Below the pieces are notes generated by a model. That model saw nothing but the letters and a program-made list of their open reading frames with translations, ran no database searches and had not been told where the DNA came from. Of a stretch of 64,000 nucleotides of DNA, positions 1-11,214 are shown piece after piece. This stretch comes from Octopus vulgaris (lineage: Eukaryota): positions 10,540,001 through 10,604,000 of the forward strand of contig OX597840.1 of NCBI GenBank assembly GCA_951406725.2. Reading direction: 5' to 3'. The position numbers and the translations under genes are program-made. Each line of letters opens with the position of its first letter. Positions within the stretch are counted from its first letter, which is position 1.

Positions 1-197
1 CTAGGGTCATAATTATGGGTGACAATTTCATATGACACCGCTAGAAAAAACTGCCGTTCAAATCAAAAAGATCCCCTAACCCTAACTAACCCTAACCCTG
101 ATTGAAATGCAATAGATCGATACTAGGGTCATAATTATGGGTGACAATTTCATATGACACCGCTAGAAAAAACTGCCGTTCAAACTGAAAAGATCCC
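1..197 (+). mobile_element. Right end of a MITE (same family as 18577-19292), with its terminal ~120 bp tandemly duplicated
   Basis: Two copies of CTAGGGTCATAATTATGGGTGACAATTTCATATGACACCGCTAGAAAAAACTGCCGTTCAAA..AAAAGATCCC, matching 19218-19293. Confidence 0.7.
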
Positions 198-462
198 ACA
201 CCCTTCTTGTTCTAAACCATTGTCCCCACTGCCTACAAATCTACCCCGTCATCTGTTCTCAGCCCTTATCTCTGGTTCCGCATATGCCCCGTCCCCTTCG
301 GTTACATCTGTAGCACCCTGCATCTGGTATTTCGTCATAACTGACACCTCCAGAATATTTCAAATTACTAAAAAGACTACGCATAAACCTAAGCATTTCG
401 CCATTCCTTTTATGTTGGTAATGAATAATATCAATCGGTATATAATCATCAGAAACTGACAT

Positions 463-621
463 CAGGCGTAGCTGTGTGGTTAAGGAGTTTCTTTCGCAAT
501 CTCAGTGTTTCAGGTTCTGTCCCACTGCGTGACATTTTGAACAAACCTTTCCTACTGTTGCTTCGGCCCTGACCAAAGCCTTGTGAGTGATTTGGTAGAC
601 GGAAAGTGAAATACGCCAATC

Positions 622-671
<50 letters not shown>

Positions 672-697
672 TGATGTATGTATGTGTGTGTGTATAT

Positions 698-747
<50 letters not shown>

Positions 748-754
748 TTATATA

Positions 755-797
<43 letters not shown>

Positions 798-880
798 TGA
801 TGTATATATGTGTGTGTATATATGTTTGTATATATATATGTGTGTGTGTATATATATGTGTTTGTATATATATATGTGTG

Positions 881-911
<31 letters not shown>

Positions 912-1109
912 GTGTATATATATGTATGTATATATATGTGTATATATATGTATGTATATGTATATATGTATGTATATGTATATATGTGTGTATATATGTA
1001 TGTGTATATATGTGTGTATATATATATATGTGTGTATATATATATATGTGTGTATATATATATATGTGTGTATATATATATATATGTGTGTATATATATA
1101 TACACACAT
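463..1109 (+). mobile_element. tRNA-headed SINE (family B) 5' part running into an expanded (TA)/(TG) microsatellite
   Basis: GGCGTAGCTGTGTGGTTAAG...GTCCCACTGCGTGAC...GACCAAAGCCTTGTGAGTGATTTGGTAGACGGAAA, matching the other family-B copies. Confidence 0.65.
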
Positions 1110-1238
1110 AAAAAAAAATTTACCATTATTTTTTTCCATTTTTAATGCATTTTTTGCTATTTTTTTGCTATAACTCTCTAAAAATGCAATATAGTTATTT
1201 CCCTTACAAACCCGAGCAACGCCGGGCGATACTGCTAG
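1110..1238 (+). mobile_element. 3' fragment of a non-autonomous Helitron-like element
   Basis: Ends in the hairpin CCCG-agcaacgc-CGGG followed by CTAG|T. Full-length copy at 49772-50167. Confidence 0.6.
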
Positions 1239-1893
1239 TATAGGATAAAATTTTTCGAAAAAAATTCAATCAGTGGCCAGCATAATAAAAAATACCTTTA
1301 AAGGTTAAATTTATAAGCAACTTATAAACAAGGGCAAAAGAAAAAAAAATTCTAATGCCAAATATGCCGAAGCTAGACACAATGTCCATATCCATATAAT
1401 TCATCACTATAAGCCCGCGTCTCGAAGAAACTAGTCTGTAGATGATAAACGAGCAAGGGGAAGCTGCTGACCTCCCCTGTTCGAAGGTTATAATGGACAC
1501 AGGTTCGTGTGTCACATAGCTAGCTAGAGGCGATGGCCTCTTGGAGCTAATCAACGGCAGCATTCGTCCTATTTTCCTGGACTGCCATTTTAGCTTGGCG
1601 ATAACTATTTATATCCAGTACCGCTGCCGTAGTTTCAATTAGAGAGATTTTAAAATATTAATCACTCTCTATTCAAAATGTGACCGCGTGTGTACCGTTG
1701 GCGATTTTTTTCCTCTGTCGTCCCTTCTCTGGATCTTTCCTTCTCCTATGTTTTCGACGAAGATTTCCGCTCGATACGTTAAACACCCCTTCTTTCCTTC
1801 TTTCCTGAGCGTCCAATAATACTATATTTGTTCCACGTCCTCGCGTTGTTGTGTTTTATCTTTGTGTTTTCATGTTTGGGTTAACTATATATG

Positions 1894-1951
<58 letters not shown>

Positions 1952-2197
1952 AATGCATATTTGTATATGTGTATAGTTGGGGTGTGCGTGTACATATTTA
2001 CGTATGTGCTTGAGCATATAGTTTCCGGTTCATCCACACATTTCCATCACCCATATCAATTTATGATGATACACTAGCTACCAAGAGAATTAACGTCAGC
2101 TCAAGGGGACTTAACCTTGACTTACTGGTAACCTCAGTTGCCTCCCAGACGTGCATACATACATATATATGTATGTATTATCTATCTGCATATATAT

Positions 2198-2815
2198 ATA
2201 AAATTGAAAAAAAAACACCTATGATCAATTCAATAATGAAAAATTAAATTACACCATCTAGAAAATTGCATAATATAGAAAAATTAAATATAAGATAAAA
2301 AATATAACGATGATTAATTAATGTGTAAAATAATAAATAACAAATATATACGTTTTATTTATTATTTTGCACATTAATTAATCATCGTTATATTTTTTAT
2401 CTTATATATAATTTTTCTATATTATACAATTTTCAAGATGGTGTAATTCAAAATTAAATTACACCATCTAGAAAATTGTATAATATAGAAAAATTAAATA
2501 TAAGATAAAAAATATAACGATGATTAATTAACGTGTAAAATAATAAATAACAAATATATACGTTTTATTTATTATTTTGCACATTAATTAATTATCGTTA
2601 TATTTTTTATCTTATATATAATTTTTCTATATTATACAATTTTCAAGATGGTGTAATTCAATTTTTCATTATTGAATTGATCATAGGTGTTTTTTCCTAA
2701 TTTATGTATATATATATATTTATATATATATTATATTTTGTGAAATTTGATTTAGTATTTCTAAATTGAATTTTTCCCTGTAAGTTTGGAATAATATTCC
2801 CTCATATTATTATAC
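2198..2815. repeat. AT-rich fold-back element (double palindrome) plus conserved ~85-bp tail
   Basis: AAATTACACCATCTAGAAAATT... and ...AATTTTCAAGATGGTGTAATT arms occur twice. The tail TATTTTGTGAAATTTGATTTAG...TTCCCTCATATT also occurs at ~8695(-), ~51385, ~57295(-), and diverged at ~44195. Confidence 0.75.
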
Positions 2816-2822
2816 ATATATA

Positions 2823-2990
2823 TAGGCGCAGGAGTGGCTGTGTGGTAAGTAGCTTGCTTACCAGCCACACGGTTCCGGGTTCAGTCCCACTGCTTGGCAC
2901 CTTGGCAAAGCGTTTTCTACTATAGCCTCGGGCCGACCAAAACCTTGTGAGATTTGGTAGACGGAAACTGAAAGAAGCCCGTCCTATATA

Positions 2991-3059
<69 letters not shown>

Positions 3060-3297
3060 GTGTGTGTGTGTGCGTGTGTTTGTTTGTGTGTCTGTGTTTG
3101 TCCCCCTAGCATTGCTTGACAACCGATGCTGGTGTGTTTATGTCCCCGTTACTTAGCGGTTCGGCAAAAGAGACCGATAGAATAAGTACTGGGCTTACAA
3201 AAAAAAAAGAATAAGTTCCGGGGTCGAGTTGCTCAATTAAAGGCGGTGCTCCAGCATGGCCGCAGTCAAATGACTGAAACAAGTAAAAGAGTAAAAG
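2823..3297 (+). mobile_element. Full-length SINE family B with internal (TA)n(TG)n microsatellite
   Basis: tRNA-like head (TGGCTGTGTGGTAAG / GGGTTCAGTCCC), CORE-like GGCACCTTGG(G)CAAG and a tail ending (GTAAAAGA)n. Further full or partial copies at ~4871, 17690, 34130(-), 43095(-), 46640(-), 51479, 53402, 63515(-). Confidence 0.8.
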
Positions 3298-3406
3298 TGT
3301 GTGGGTGTGTGTGTGTGTGTGTGTGTGTGTGCATGTGTGTGTCTGTGTGAGTGTGTTTGTATGTCAAGTAATTCTGCATAATTTTCTGTCCATAATCTCT
3401 TTCCAG

Positions 3407-3531
3407 GTTCTGTCTTTGTTAACGACACTACTGAGATACCGAATAACCCCCTTCCTAAGTGTAACGAGACGAAACAACAAATCCTGAACTCCACCATAGT
3501 TATCACGTCCCACTCGTTTACAATAATCACG
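3407..3531 (+). CDS. Paralog A exon 4 (GSVFVNDTTEIPNNPLPKCNETKQQILNSTIVITSHSFTIIT)
   Basis: ttccAG acceptor and GTAAGT donor, 125 nt, phases 1/0, identical structure to 52306-52430. Confidence 0.8.
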
Positions 3532-3595
3532 GTAAGTCGAATATTCCAGAATATCATGAACAGGGTTGCTTCTGTTGTTATTGTTATTGTTGTTA

Positions 3596-4557
3596 GCGGT
3601 GAGCTGGCAGAAACGTTAGCACGCCGGGCGAATAGCTTTGCAGTATTTCGTCCGCCGTTACGTTGTGTGTTCAAATTCCGCCGAGGCCGACTTTGCCCTT
3701 CATCCTTTCGGAGTCGATAAATTAAGTACCAGTTACGCACTGGGGTCGATGTAATCGACTTAATACCTATGTCTGTCCTTGTTTGTCCCTTTGTGTTTAG
3801 CTCCTTGTGGATAGTAAAGAAATAGGTATTTCGACAGCAGTTACGTTGTGAGTTCAAATTCCGCCGAGGTCGAGTTTGCCTTTCATCCTTTCGGAGTCGA
3901 TAAATTAAGTACCAGTTACGCACTGGGGTCGATTTAATCGACTTAATCCGTTTGTCTGTCCTTGTTTGTCCTCTCTGTGTTTAGCCCCTTGTGGGCAGTA
4001 AAGGAATAGGTATTTCGTCTGTCTTTACGTTCTGAGCTCAAATTCCGCCGAGGTCGACTTTGCCTTTCATCCTTTCGGAGTCGATAAATAAAGTACCAGT
4101 TACGCACTGGAGTCGATGTAATCGACTTAATCCGTTTGTCTGTCCTTGTTTGTCCTCTCTGTGTTTAGCCCCTTGTGGGTAGTAAAGAAATAGGTATTTC
4201 GTCTGCCGCTACGTTCTGAGCTCAAATTCCGCCGAGGTCGACTTTGCCTTTCATCCTTTCGGAGTCGATAAATAAAGTACCAGTTACGCACTGGGGTCGA
4301 TGTCATCGACTAAATCCGTTTGTCTGTCCTTGTTTGTCCTCTCTGTGTTTAGCCCCTTGTGGGCAGTAAAGGAATAGGTATTTCGTCTGTCTTTACGTTC
4401 TGAGCTCAAATTCCGCCGAGGTCGACTTTGCCTTTCATCCTTTCGGAGTCGATAAATAAAGTACCAGTTTCCCACTGGGTCGATGTAATCGACTTAATTC
4501 CTTTGTCTGACCTTGTTTGTCCTCTCTATGTTTAGCCCCTTGTGGGTAGTAAAGAAA
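3596..4557 (+). mobile_element. SINE family A with one head and ~5 tandem body units
   Basis: GCGGTGAGCTGGCAGAAACGTTAGC head, then repeated ...GTTCAAATTCCGCCGAGGTCGACTTTGCCTTTCATCCTTTCGG...AAGAAATAG units. Only ~3 units at the paralogous site 52496-53090. Confidence 0.8.
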
Positions 4558-4577
4558 TTCATTTTTGTTCTTCCTAG

Positions 4578-4812
4578 GTGAGTATCCAGTGTGGTGTGGC
4601 CACTATGTATGTGTCATTTAACAACAGTAACCCAAGTTTGGCCAACTACGACTACATAACCTATGCAACTGACATGAGCCCGGGTAGAATGTTCGTGGGT
4701 AAACCAACATCACCATCAACGTTCTTCCATACGATAAGTTCCAAGATGCTATGTGGCCTCAACACCACCGATTGTTGCAATGCTCACTATAACATCACGT
4801 TCACAACAATAG
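4578..4812 (+). CDS. Paralog A exon 5 (VSIQCGVATMY...YNITFTTI)
   Basis: cctAG acceptor and G|GTAAG donor, 235 nt, matches 53109-53343. Confidence 0.8.
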
Positions 4813-5034
4813 GTAAGCAGACTCAATATATTTCTTTATTATCAAAGATTATTCTGTATTCTTTATATATAGGCTTAGGAGTGGCTGTGTGGTAAATAGC
4901 TTGTTTACCAACCACATGGGTCCGGGTTCAGTCCCACTGCGTGGCACCTTGGGCAAGCGTCTTCTACCATAGCCTCGGGTCGACCAAATCCTTGTGAGTG
5001 GATTTGGTAGACGGAAACTGAGAGAAGCCCGTCG

Positions 5035-5114
<80 letters not shown>

Positions 5115-5572
5115 GTCGATATAATCGACTTAATCCGTTTGTCTGTCCTTGTTTGTCCTCTCTGTGTTTAGCCACTTGTGGGTAGTAAAGAAATAGGTAT
5201 TTCGTCTGCCGCTACGTTCTGAGTTCAAATTCCGCCGAGGACGACATTGCCTTTTATCCTTTCGGGGTCGATTAAATAAGTACCAGTTATGCTCTAGGGT
5301 CGATATAATCGACTTAATCCGTTTGTCTGTCCTTGTTTGACCCCTCTGTGTTTAGCGCCTTGTGGGTAGTAAAGAAATAGGTTTTCACATTGATACCATT
5401 TTGGTTATATACCCTCAAGCTATTTGATATTAGGGAGGTTGAAGTTTCCTAGAAGTATGTTACGACTGTCATCAGGACTGGCTAATATTTCCTCCATTTT
5501 TTATGTTCTCTTCGAATGGGTTCACATAACTTGGAGTATCTGATGGGCGATATGCAGTGCATACTACCGTTT

Positions 5573-5916
5573 GGTGGAGGCGCAATGGTCCAGTGGTTAA
5601 GGCGTTGTGAGTGTTTATTGAGCGAAAACACCTAAAAAAGCTCCACGAGGCTCCGGTAGGGGAGGGTGGAGATCCCTACTGTACTCTTTCACCACAATTT
5701 TCTCTACCCCTTACTTCCTGTTTCTGCTGTACCTGTATTTCAAGGGGCCGGCCTTGTCACTCTCTGTGTCACGCTGAATATCCCCGAGAACTACGTTAAG
5801 GGTGCACGTGTCTGTGGTGTGCTCAGCCACTTACACGTTAATTTCACGAGCAGGCTGTTCTGTTGATTCGGATCAACCGGAACCCTCATCGTCGTAACCG
5901 ACGGAGTGCTCCCCCT
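5573..5916 (+). mobile_element. SINE family C with 12-bp target-site duplication
   Basis: ATACTACCGTTT flanks both ends (5561 and 5917), with a tRNA-like head. Paralogous copy at ~54136-54480; related element at 47184-47452(-). Confidence 0.7.
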
Positions 5917-6893
5917 ATACTACCGTTTTGGTCGGAATAGTGTGTCAGCTCACATCATAAGTTCCTCAACAGATGTAGTTTTATCGAAGTATGATACTTT
6001 AACTTTGTGCTCTGACGAAGATTCTGATGAAGATTTCATGAAGATTGTACAGTTCCAGTCTTTGTAAGATGCCACAGATAATAGAAGTGGGTCTTTAGGG
6101 GAGACGCACCAACCATCAGGTACCGCCAGGTATACGTTTTTGTGCTTTTATTTGCGGAATTTTATCCCCCACACAAACACACATACTTACATACATACAT
6201 TAAAAAAAATACACACAAAAATATATACATACATACACACAAAAATACATACATACAAACATACATACATATATATACACATACATACATTCAAACAAAC
6301 ATACACACAGATACATATATACATACATACAAACATACATACAAACATACATACATGTATACATACATACATATATACATATATACGTACAAACATACAT
6401 ACAGACATTAAAAAAATACACACAAAACATACACACAAAAAATATACATACATATATACATACACACACAAAAATACATACATACAAACATACATACATA
6501 TATATACACATACATACAAACAAACATACATACATATACATACCTACATACATACATACAAACATTCATACAAAGATACATATATACATATATAAGTACA
6601 AACATACATACATACATACAAACATACCTACGTGCATACATACAAACATGCAAACAAATATACATACATACATACATACATATTTAATATATACATACAA
6701 ACATACATACATGCATACATACTTACATACACACATATGCATACATACTTACATACACACACAGATACATACATTCATACATACATACATACATACATAG
6801 ATACATACATTCATACATACATACATAGATACATACATTCATACATACATACATACATACATACATACATACATACATACATACATACATACA

Positions 6894-6924
<31 letters not shown>

Positions 6925-6970
6925 GTACATATTGTTCTTACCATTAAACATTGTCGTTCTTTTCTTTCAG

Positions 6971-7467
6971 GTTTAAATGATTCGTGCACAACCGTACAAT
7001 ATATTTTCTCCTACACTGGTCAACCTGGAAAATACATTCAGTATGACACGGCAGGGAATCTGAATGCCATCTGCTGTCCTGAAAATCATATTTTTGATGC
7101 AATCCTGAAGAGATGTAAACCCCGTTTGTCGACCACACCAGGCATCGCTTTGCAGCTTCTCCCCTGCGTCGTTAATCCACCGCAATATTATTATCCTCAT
7201 CCGGCAACCCTTTCAAAATTAATACAATGTAGTCAATGGGGTCAAAGTTATGAAATGCCTTGTCCAACAGCACAAATCTGGCATCCAAGTATTATGAATT
7301 GCTTGCCCTTTAATGCAAGCCTTAGTGTGTGTGGAGCTAACACTAACGGCCAGTTTCAACCTCACCCATTCAGTAGTTCCTATTTTATAGCGTGTGGTGA
7401 AGGCACAGAACTTCAAGGCTCAAAAGGCCTTGAAGGCTCAAAGGCCTTGAAGGCGCAAAAGCGTTGA
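6971..7467 (+). CDS. Paralog A terminal exon: 2.5 CBM14/peritrophin-A-like repeats with a minisatellite-derived C-terminus
   Basis: tttcAG acceptor, phase 1, open frame LNDSCTTVQYIFSY...CPENHIFDAILKRC...YYPHPATLSKLIQC...CPTAQIWHPSIMNC...[37 protein letters not shown]. Confidence 0.8.
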
Positions 7468-7731
7468 AGGCTCAAAGGTGTTGAAGGCTCTAAGGCCTTG
7501 ACGGCTCAAAGGCGTTGAAAGCTCAAAGACCTTGAAGGCTCTAAGGCCTTGAAGGTTCAAAGGCCTTGAAGGCTCAAAGGCGTTGAAGGCTCAAAGACCT
7601 TGACGGCTCAAAGGCGTTGAAGGCTCAAAGGCGTTGAAGTCTCAAAGGCGTTGAAGGCTCAAAGACCTTGAAGGCTCAAAGGCGTTGAAGGCTCAAAGGT
7701 GTTGATGGCTCAAAGGACTTGAAGGCTCAAA
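7412..7731 (+). repeat. 17-bp minisatellite (GAAGGCTCAAAGGCGTT)n
   Basis: About 19 units; shorter paralogous array at 56092-56310. Confidence 0.9.
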
Positions 7732-8593
7732 ACTTTTCATACAACCCTCGTACACACCAGAAGCAAATAAAATTATTGTTTCTCTCTTTTTTTGTTTATT
7801 TTGCAATCCAACACAAACACTTCTAATTAATCAATTAATAAAGCAATAATGATTTTATAAACTTTTGTCGATTAATCACTAATTAACGATTGCTTTTGAA
7901 ATAATTTTATGTAATTTTACTCAATTTTTCTTGCAATGAAATAAAAATTTAATTTCGTTATCGTTGTAATTGTTGTTGTTTACCATTTCGTTAGTAAGAG
8001 ATAAGGGAGGAGCAGTGTCTTCTTAAGCTATGGGTACACTTGACAGATACTCAGAGTCCTCATGGATCTAGAGGCCCAAATTTGATCGATGTATGCCGTG
8101 GCTTGCTAACAATAAATCAATGCTAGAGGGCTCAGTGCACTGATTTGACCCGGGGGGGGCCTATAATGTTGCTAAGACGACCCCAATGGAAGGGCAGTAA
8201 TCCAGACGTTATATTTTTTCAGGGCACTCAAGACAGATGTAAAGGGTGGTGAGGAAGTTAACCTCAAATCAGAGGCCTTTACAATGTACATGCAACAGAG
8301 GACAATTTGCTAACGTCAACCAGGGACCTGGGCCAGATGGTGGGGGTTGTGGTGGCGGTGAGTTTTAAGCTGGGAAATGGATGACGTCTACTACACAACA
8401 ACACTTTACACAAGTAAATGAACAGAGGTACGCGTGTGCATGTGTGTGTACATATATGCATGCATGCATATATATATATATATATATACAACTTACAAAG
8501 TTGTTTATAATTAAAACTTTAAAGGTATCTTTTAATATGCTGGCCATTGATAAAATGTTTTTTCTTAAAAAAAAAGAATTTATCGTACATTAG

Positions 8594-8628
<35 letters not shown>

Positions 8629-8630
8629 AT

Positions 8631-8694
<64 letters not shown>

Positions 8695-8772
8695 TAATAT
8701 GAGGGAATATTATTCCAAACTTACAGGGAAAAATTCAATTTAGAAATACTAAATCAAATTTCACAAAATATA

Positions 8773-8883
<111 letters not shown>

Positions 8884-10356
8884 TTTAGTAATATCTATGT
8901 ATTTTAGTAATTCCTTTTTGTTAGTCGACAGCTGTTTCGCTCCATCACCCTGCCGCTGACGCAAAACTTTTTCATTCTTCATTTTGTATGGTACTTTCTT
9001 CTGTCTTTCTTTTGGTGTTCGTAACTCTTGGTAATGCTGGAAATACACTTTCCGGCACATCAGAAACGTTATCAAAAATTAAGCTTTCTATTTTCTTCGC
9101 TTCTCGCCCAATCGATGATTCATTGCCCGACGAAGAATACAAACTTTTCGGCATCTTGCCAGCAATTAATGTTTTCCCCCACGGAGGAAAACCACAGATA
9201 GCTTTCGAAAGAAAACTATACTACAATTTGTCAACAATAAGTCCAACAATAAGCACAACAAGAGATATGACAATTAACAGAAACTTACGAAGACACTCCA
9301 GCAATAAATTTTCAATAACAGACGAACGAAATACCTATTTCTTTACTACCCATAAGGGGCTAAACATAGATGGGACAAACAAGGACAGACAAACGGATTA
9401 AGTCGCCTACATGGACTCCAGTGCGTAACTGGTACTTTATTTATCGACCCCGAAAGGATGAAAGGCAAAGTCGACCTCGGCCGAATTTGAACTCAGAACG
9501 TAACGGCAGACGAAATACCTAGTTCTTTACTACCCATAATGGGCTAAACAAAGAGGGGACAAACAAGGACAGACATAGGTATTAAGTCGCCTACATCGAC
9601 CCCAGTGCGTAACTGCTACTTATTTAATCGACCCCGAAAGGATGAAAGGCAAAGTCGACCTCGGTGGAATTTGATCTCAAAACGTAGCGGCAGACGAAAT
9701 ACGGCTACGCATTTCGCCCGGCGTGCTAACGTTTCTGCCAGGTCGCCGCCTTAAAAGACAAAAGGCAAAGTCGACCGCGGCGGAATTTGAGCTCAGAACT
9801 TCAAGACGGACGAAAAGACGTTAAGTATTTTGTCCGGCGTGCTAACGATTCTACCAGCTCTCCACCTTGTTTATCTTGCTATATCTAACAAATAAACAGT
9901 GTTGTAAACTGCGAGAAATTTCAACCAATGAAAAGGAGAAATTACTGAAGTAATAAAATGGCTACGAACATGATATACGCATGATCCGTTTGGCATAAAA
10001 GATGTGTTATATTTTCGATTTTTGTTTAGAACTTGGCCAGCCGGGAATGGTGAGCCTACGATGTTAAATATTCCAGCTGTAACTCCTCCCCTATGGGTGT
10101 TTTCTTCAACATCCTTAAACAATCCTTATTCAGCGTCCGTGTGTATCATAAGTTGAAGACGGGAAGGATGACTTCCCTTTGCAAATACTGACAGGACACA
10201 GATAGTGTGTCTATGGCCAGCTGGAGGAGTGTGTCCTCCTGGGGCTAAAAACTACAGTAGCATCCACCCTTAGGGGTTAGCCATATTGAAATGGCAAAAT
10301 TACGTCACGATGTGTTACTGCTACTGTATATAACTCACTTTGATATTTATCATTGT

Positions 10357-10387
<31 letters not shown>

Positions 10388-10474
10388 AAGGGTGGAAAGG
10401 AACACACCAGTTGATATATATGAAAAAACAAGTCAAAAATAGAAAATGCTAAAATAATTTTATAGTGAACATTT

Positions 10475-10512
10475 CAGTACCGGTTTCGGTCATTTTGAGA
10501 CCTTTTCAACTG
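10475..10512 (-). ncRNA. Minimal type-I hammerhead ribozyme, U3-A8 core variant, in the PLE pseudo-LTR
   Basis: Minus strand reads CAG UUGAAAA GGUC-ucaaaau-GACC GAAA CCGG UA CUG: stem I CAG/CUG, stem II GGUC/GACC, palindromic stem III ACCGGU. Confidence 0.75.
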
Positions 10513-11214
10513 TAACGATTAAATAATTAAATTTAGAAAAATTAGAAGGAAAGTTTTTTTAAAGGAATATTTCTATAGTAGTGTTCAGATATAAGTAGCA
10601 TTCTGCCTTTCTCTGACTCCCTTGTTTGCACTTGTGTGTTCGAGGTCGTTGTGAGTTCTTGGTAGGTTAGTAGAGGAAGAAGGCTGATGAGGAAAGGGGT
10701 GGGAGAATCTGGGAGTGCCCTGATGGTCGTATTTTGAATGGTCAGTGGCGGCTGGCAGTCACAGTTCAATTCAGGAGAATATTTCTATTGAAAGGCTTGT
10801 TTATAGAATTTGCGTAGGTGTTATACTAAAAAACATTAGTGACAAAGTTAAGGGGTAGAAGGTGGAGAAGTAGAAGAAGAAGAAGAAGAAGAAGAAGAAG
10901 ATGATGACGATGTTGATGATGATGATGATGATGAAGGAGAAGAAGAAGGAGAAGGAGAAGGTGACGATGATGGTGATGGTGGTGATGGTTATCACGACGA
11001 TGATGATGATAATGATGATGATGAAGAAGAAGAAGAAGAAGAAGAAAAAAACAGAGAAGGGAGAATATGAATGGGTTAAAGTAGTGAGGTGTTGTATGAC
11101 TTGAAGTTGGCATGTTATGGATTATAGCTGTGATTTTAGCTGTGATTAGTAATGGATTCTTTGGAATGTAATATTTGTGTGTGAATATTTCTTTTATTCT
11201 AAAGTTGAGGTATA

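Noticed and set aside
74-99. Telomere or interstitial telomere
   Set aside because: Only a few imperfect CCCTAA units, internal to a MITE.
552-1173. YI/HT/CV-rich ORFs here and throughout the window
   Set aside because: Dinucleotide and tetranucleotide microsatellites lacking stop codons.
3237-3923. 228-aa minus ORF (and 52160-52822)
   Set aside because: Antisense read-through of SINE units, exon 4 and a microsatellite.
8988-9401. 137-aa ORF with a signal-peptide-like start
   Set aside because: The paralogous region (57558-57900) has frame-breaking indels, and the ORF runs into a SINE.
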